64,000 nucleotides of DNA. Source: Octopus sinensis (lineage: Eukaryota). The notes below the pieces were generated by a model. That model did not search any database. It saw only the letters and a program-made list of their open reading frames with translations, and had not been told where the DNA came from. Below are positions 58,901 to 64,000 of the stretch, piece after piece. The stretch spans positions 26,114,464 through 26,178,463 of the forward strand of contig NC_043011.1 in the NCBI RefSeq assembly GCF_006345805.1, given 5' to 3'. Every line of letters starts with the position of its first letter. Positions within the stretch are counted from its first letter, which is position 1. The position numbers were made by a program, and so were the translations under genes.

Positions 58901-60624
58901 ACACTTTAGTATTAACACTTAATCAACGTTTACATTCATTATTTCACTGTCCCATTGTCTCGTAGGACACCAGTTCGAATATATTAGTGTATAATAATTA
59001 CTTCTAACATAAGCACATAACCAGAAATTTAAGGTACAAGGTTAATTCTACCAAGTTTTATAAGTGCTGCTTTTTTGCCAAACAAAAAGATTAATTCCTT
59101 TCAATATTTTTCCCTATTTCTCCTCATGGGTGGTGGTTGTTATTTTTCAAGGGCTTTAGGAAAGGAAGTGAACTGAAAGAGCTCTCACCTTACATTAAAC
59201 AAAATGTTTGGCAAAACTCATGGGCTTCTCAGTTCAACAGACCAATCATTGTTTATTATACCAATCAACACCCCATTATTTTCTTTAATAGACATTTTCT
59301 ACTATATATCATATTTAGAAGACATAGGTGTTTCTAAATGTACCACATTTGTACATTTATGCCCCTTTGTGCAAAGTGCGTTGCATGTACCCATCTCTGT
59401 TTTAAAACAGTTCATAAATGCAAGTGTGTGTGTAGCTTTTAAAAATCATATGGTGTGTTATAACACTTTAGTGAAAGTGGTCACTAATTTAAAGCATGAA
59501 AGTGTTTGTAAAAAAGCCCATTAAGTGCACTTTTGAGAAGCCTGTGTAAATGAATATCAGAAGGTAGTTTTTAAACAAAATATTGTAACTTTATTAAAAT
59601 AGGAATGAGAGCTGACAAGTAGCAAGATGTGTAGCCTGTATGTGTGAGTCAGGTAAAGCATTGCGGGCCGTTGCAAGCTAATAGGAATGAAGCTAGCTTA
59701 AACAAAAATATACAGTTCATTATGAGGCAGGGTTGTGGCTGATGTCATCCAGATTTTCGGGTAGCAAAGTTAGCATAAATGAACTAGGCTGTTCAGGAGG
59801 TGACAAGTCAAGAACCAATATAATTCCTAGTTGGTGTAGAACAAATACTGTTTCATGTTGAAAGAAGAAATGTTGCTGCTATGCTGTCTTTTCACCAACT
59901 ATTTAAAACTCCCATTTTTCTGATAGGTCAAATAACTGCCTTTTGTATTCCTATGCGTTCAGCCCTGATTGGCTGGAGAATGCCATAGCACAACTGTGCT
60001 ATGCTGTGGCAACACAAATAGCTTTCCTGACTCACTACAGTACTTTAACTCTTTATTCAGTATTCTATCTATTGAAAAAGGTGAAATATCCATATTCCAT
60101 ATCAAAACTCACAAGCAGTACTTTCATCAAAGGAAGGACCTTTGATAAAATTACTGCTCGTAAGCTATGCAGTTAAGATACCTTTCTCTTCACTATTCAT
60201 AAATTTACATATCATTTCCCTACTACTGCATATGTCAACTAGATAACCACTATAAATAAGTATACCCCTTGTTCATTTTTTATTTGTCTGTCCTCAGGCT
60301 AATGAGTATACCTCTGTGATGATTCACGCTGCTAGATAAACAGCCAAATTTCCCACATATCATACTTTACAGTCTTAAAGGATAGATACATTAGATGATG
60401 TGATCTTGAAACCACTGTGCCTGAATAAAAGATTGGTTGGTCATGAGAGGAATGCCTTTGATCATAAGTCTACTCAATTGGAGTTTATCTGGAGCAACAC
60501 AATGACAACTACTTTAAGATCTTGAACAAGTGGATTGCTTTACAGCTAGATATCTTCCTTATTGCTTATCAGTTAACTGTGCACTTTAAAAATATAATAA
60601 CAGTGGTTCTTTCCTACAGCTTAG

Positions 60625-61790
60625 AGATACAATACTTTCTTCAACACATGTGCTTTTCTAAGTATGGTTGCCAGTTGGTACAATGATGTTTGGTAATTCC
60701 AATTTCTCATACAAGGCTTTTGTTACATGAGATGGTTCTGAATGCACCAATTATGGTGGGTATCACACTCTCTCTTGAGACTCTATGAATATACTTCTCT
60801 TCAAATATGACATCTTGATGCCTTTCAACTTCCTCATTTTCCACCTTCACAATGTTCTGATCTGCAGGTACCGCTATGTTAATAAGGATCCATTCTTTGG
60901 TCTTTTTCCATAGGAGAGTAAAATCTGATCAATCATGTTGCAGCTTCTTATCTGTGTGGATTGTCAAATCCCACATGAGTGTCACTTGATCATTTTCTGC
61001 ATATAGCAAGGATTGGTGTTTGCATGATTTGTCAGTACACTCTAGTATTTATCTCTTACACATCTTCCAGTGTGCCCACTATATAACTTTGAGATGGCAT
61101 TTTTTCTACTCCTTTTAACATCCACAAACTACATGTCTGGCCTTTACTACATAGAGGCGTTCCTGCTATTTCAATGCTGTCTGTACTTGATTGATTGCAT
61201 TAGTCTGGAAATCTTGTTCTTGTGTAGAAGGAACCAACCTTTTGTCTCCTTCTTTAAAAATCCATGGTTTTGCCATCTCCAGGATTCTTCATCAGCTACA
61301 TTTGATGTTTGTTGAACCAACTTTTCATGTAGAACATGCTCTTTCCAGTCTTTCTATCTGCTTATATTTTCCTCACAAGTGCTCTTTTTGTACACCCAGA
61401 GGTTCTTTGAATCACTACTAATCACCTCCACATTCAGTGCAGCCTGCAATATCCATTCATCACTCTCCCTAAAACAGGAAGACAATAATTTGCTCTCCTT
61501 CTTAACACTCTCCTCAATTCCAATCAATCCTTTCCCTCCTACCTTGGTAAATAAGCCTTATTACATTACATTTATTATGAAGGCATCTGTGCATGGTCAT
61601 TATCTTTCTAGTTCTTATGTTCATGCTGATCAGTTCCTCCTTTGTCCGTTCCACAACTCCCACACAGTAGTGGACCATGCTTACAGCCCAAGCATAAATG
61701 CCACTGATCAAATTGCCTCCATTTTAGCTTCTTCGCTTTTTTCATGTACTGCAATGTGATCTTGTCCTTCATATTTGTATACATCAAATG
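60625..61790 (-). mobile_element. Decayed R4/Dong-like non-LTR retrotransposon (RLE type), 3' portion
   Basis: IYAWAVSMVHYCVGVVERTKEELISMNIRTRKIMTMHRCLHNKCNVIRL; ENDQVTLMWDLTIHTDK; INIAVPADQNI; VIPTIIGAF. Confidence 0.85.
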
Positions 61791-61798
61791 GTGTAACT

Positions 61799-61907
61799 CA
61801 GCGGTTCTCAACTTGGGTCCACATGGCCCTTGGACTTCTGGGAGAGTCCATCCAAGTAAATAGGAATCAAAGGAGTCCATATGAAAAAAAATGGTTGAGA
61901 AACACTG
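61799..61907. mobile_element. hAT (Charlie-like) MITE
   Basis: CAGCGGTTCTCAAC...GTTGAGAAACACTG; 8-bp TSD GTGTAACT / GTCTAACT. A further 3' end GGGAACCACTG|ATCTAGAA lies at 62130. Confidence 0.85.
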
Positions 61908-63404
61908 GTCTAACTGTAAAATGGCAAGATGTTTATATCCTTCTCTTTCCTCTTCTCTAATATACTTATCATCTGGAAGTTCTACTCCATTTTCACTGGG
62001 GGTCAGTGAACTAAATTCAAAATTTCATATATATATATATATATATGTACACAAACACACACAAGGGGTCCATGGGAAAACTCATTTAAATAACAGGGGT
62101 CTTTGGTAGTGAAAAGGTTGGGAACCACTGATCTAGAAAAAGGTTGGATTATTAATGTCAGTACATCTTCAATATCACTATCACTATATGCCACTGTACA
62201 ACTGTAACTTATCTCTCTTGATTGCTATTGTTGTTGTTATTGACGTTCTAGTTCCTGTTCTTTAGCCCCCATGTCACTTCCGATAATACAGACCAATTTT
62301 CAAGAGGATTCAAGCTATATCCATTTTGTATTGGATGGGTGCATAATTATTGACTGTCTTTTTTTAAATCTAAATTTATTCGAAAATAAAACACCAAAAT
62401 AAAATAAGATGGTCATTAATTATTCACTAGCCCAGTATTATAGTTATTGTTGCTGGTACTGCTGCTACTGTTGTTGTTGTTGTTGTTGTTGTTATGATGG
62501 CGGTGGTGGTTGTGGTGGTGGCAGTGGCTGTGGTGACAGTGGTAGCAGTGGTGGTGTAGCCCAGGGGTTAGCTCTAACTGACCTATGATTAAGAGTGCTC
62601 CAGTTATAGCCATCCTATATTGTTATTGTTGTTGGTGTCGATATTGTCCAGCCACAAAGTCAGTCCTGATATCAAACAGATTTATGATCAAAGGCATTAC
62701 AGCCTTGACCATCCTACCATGTTGTTGTATAGCTCAAAGTCAGCTCTGATCAAGCTGGTCTTTGACACGCAGTTAGTCTTCCAAGTACATCATAGCTTTG
62801 CTTATCTGATGACCACACTTCATACTTTGACATGCAAGAATTAATTGTGCAGGGGTGCTGTTGAACATAGATACCATGTAGTTAAGGTTTCATTATCCAA
62901 TACAATCTCACATCTTTTAAGATGATTACATATGATTTGGTTGCTATTTCTAGTAAATTGTCCATTTACCCATGTACAGATCCTTTGTTATGTAAACTGT
63001 GAAGAAATAATATAAATATGCACCTAGGGTAAAGATCCTCTTCAGTCATGAATGACCATGGGATTGCACCTAGAAAGTTACCCTTTGAGGCATAAGTCTG
63101 GGCAAAGTTGTTTATGGAAGACCAGCAGTTGCTTATGCATACCAGCACCCCACCCTGTACGTTACCAATGTTATTTAAGTGAAAGGCAAAGGCCGATACA
63201 GCCTGGCACCAGTGACATTGCAACTCATTTCTATAGATGAATGAACTGGAGCAACATGAAATAAAGTGTCTTGCTCAAGAACACAACTCACTGCGCAGTC
63301 CTGGAATCAAACTCACAACCTCATGATTGTGAGCCTGACACTCAAACCACTGAGTCATGCACCTTTACACAAACATGCACCAAACAACAGTATATGACAA
63401 TGAA

Positions 63405-63635
63405 GGCGGCGAGCTGGCAGAAATGTTAGCACACCGGGCGAAATGCGTTGCCGTATTTCATCTGCCGTTACGTTCTGAGTTCAAATTCCGCTGAGGTCGA
63501 CTTTGCCTTTCATCCTTCCAGGGTCGATAAATTAAGTACCAGTTACACACTGGGGTCGATGTAATCGACTTAATCCGTTTGTCTGTCCTTGTTTGTCTCC
63601 TCTGTGTTTAGCCCCTTGTGGGTAGTAAAGAAATA
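63405..63635 (+). mobile_element. Young SINE family D with 14-bp TSD
   Basis: TSD TATATGACAATGAA at 63391-63404 and 63636-63649; CpG-rich. Confidence 0.9.
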
Positions 63636-64000
63636 TATATGACAATGAACTATCTGCAATCATGTATCCAGACATATCTGTCTCCACATGTTTATCCAAA
63701 CTGCTGAAGAAATCAAGATGAACCATTCAGATATAACTATACATCATCATTTAACATCCACTTTTCCATACTTGGAATTTGTGAAGGCAGATTTTCTACA
63801 GTTGGATGCCATTAATGTTTCCAAGCAAGTTAATATTTTTCTATGGCTAGACATATTTTTCACGGAATACTCTTAAAGTTAGAAATGAAAACCTCTGTTC
63901 TCTGATAACCATCTCAACCCCTTCTGACTAAAATGTTGTTAAGAAAAAAAGGTCAAGAAAATATCAAAGGACAACATACTTGAAATGGAAATAAGACAGA

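Noticed and set aside
59000-64000. Divergent neighbouring protein-coding gene
   Set aside because: No ORF or exon with recognisable non-transposon homology; only repeats and an R4-like fossil.

Overview
This is AT-rich, repeat-dense animal DNA. The SINE and LINE families and the (GAT)n, (TA)n and (AAT)n microsatellites suggest a coleoid cephalopod, probably Octopus (inference). One protein-coding gene occupies the minus strand: the 5' part of VWA8 (KIAA0564, a mitochondrial AAA+ ATPase with a C-terminal VWA domain). I reconstructed 27 GT-AG coding exons from ATG 58113 down to 820. They total 3189 nt (1063 codons) with consistent splice phases, and the gene runs off the left edge. Introns hold a young 5'-truncated RTE LINE with an intact ORF and a PHD finger inside its RT, decayed CR1 and RTE LINEs, DD37D (maT) and mariner transposons, Helitron, Helentron, hAT and piggyBac MITEs, a foldback element, a possible solo LTR and many tRNA-derived SINEs. 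A decayed R4/Dong-like element lies upstream of the gene. I found no CRISPR array, rRNA, true tRNA gene or second gene, and I cannot support a wholly new biological system. The best leads are a perfect 241-bp duplication of part of exon 16 with its splice donor, the intra-RT PHD finger, a motif-anchored VNTR in the RTE 3' UTR, and intronic fold-back structures next to exons that could be ADAR substrates.
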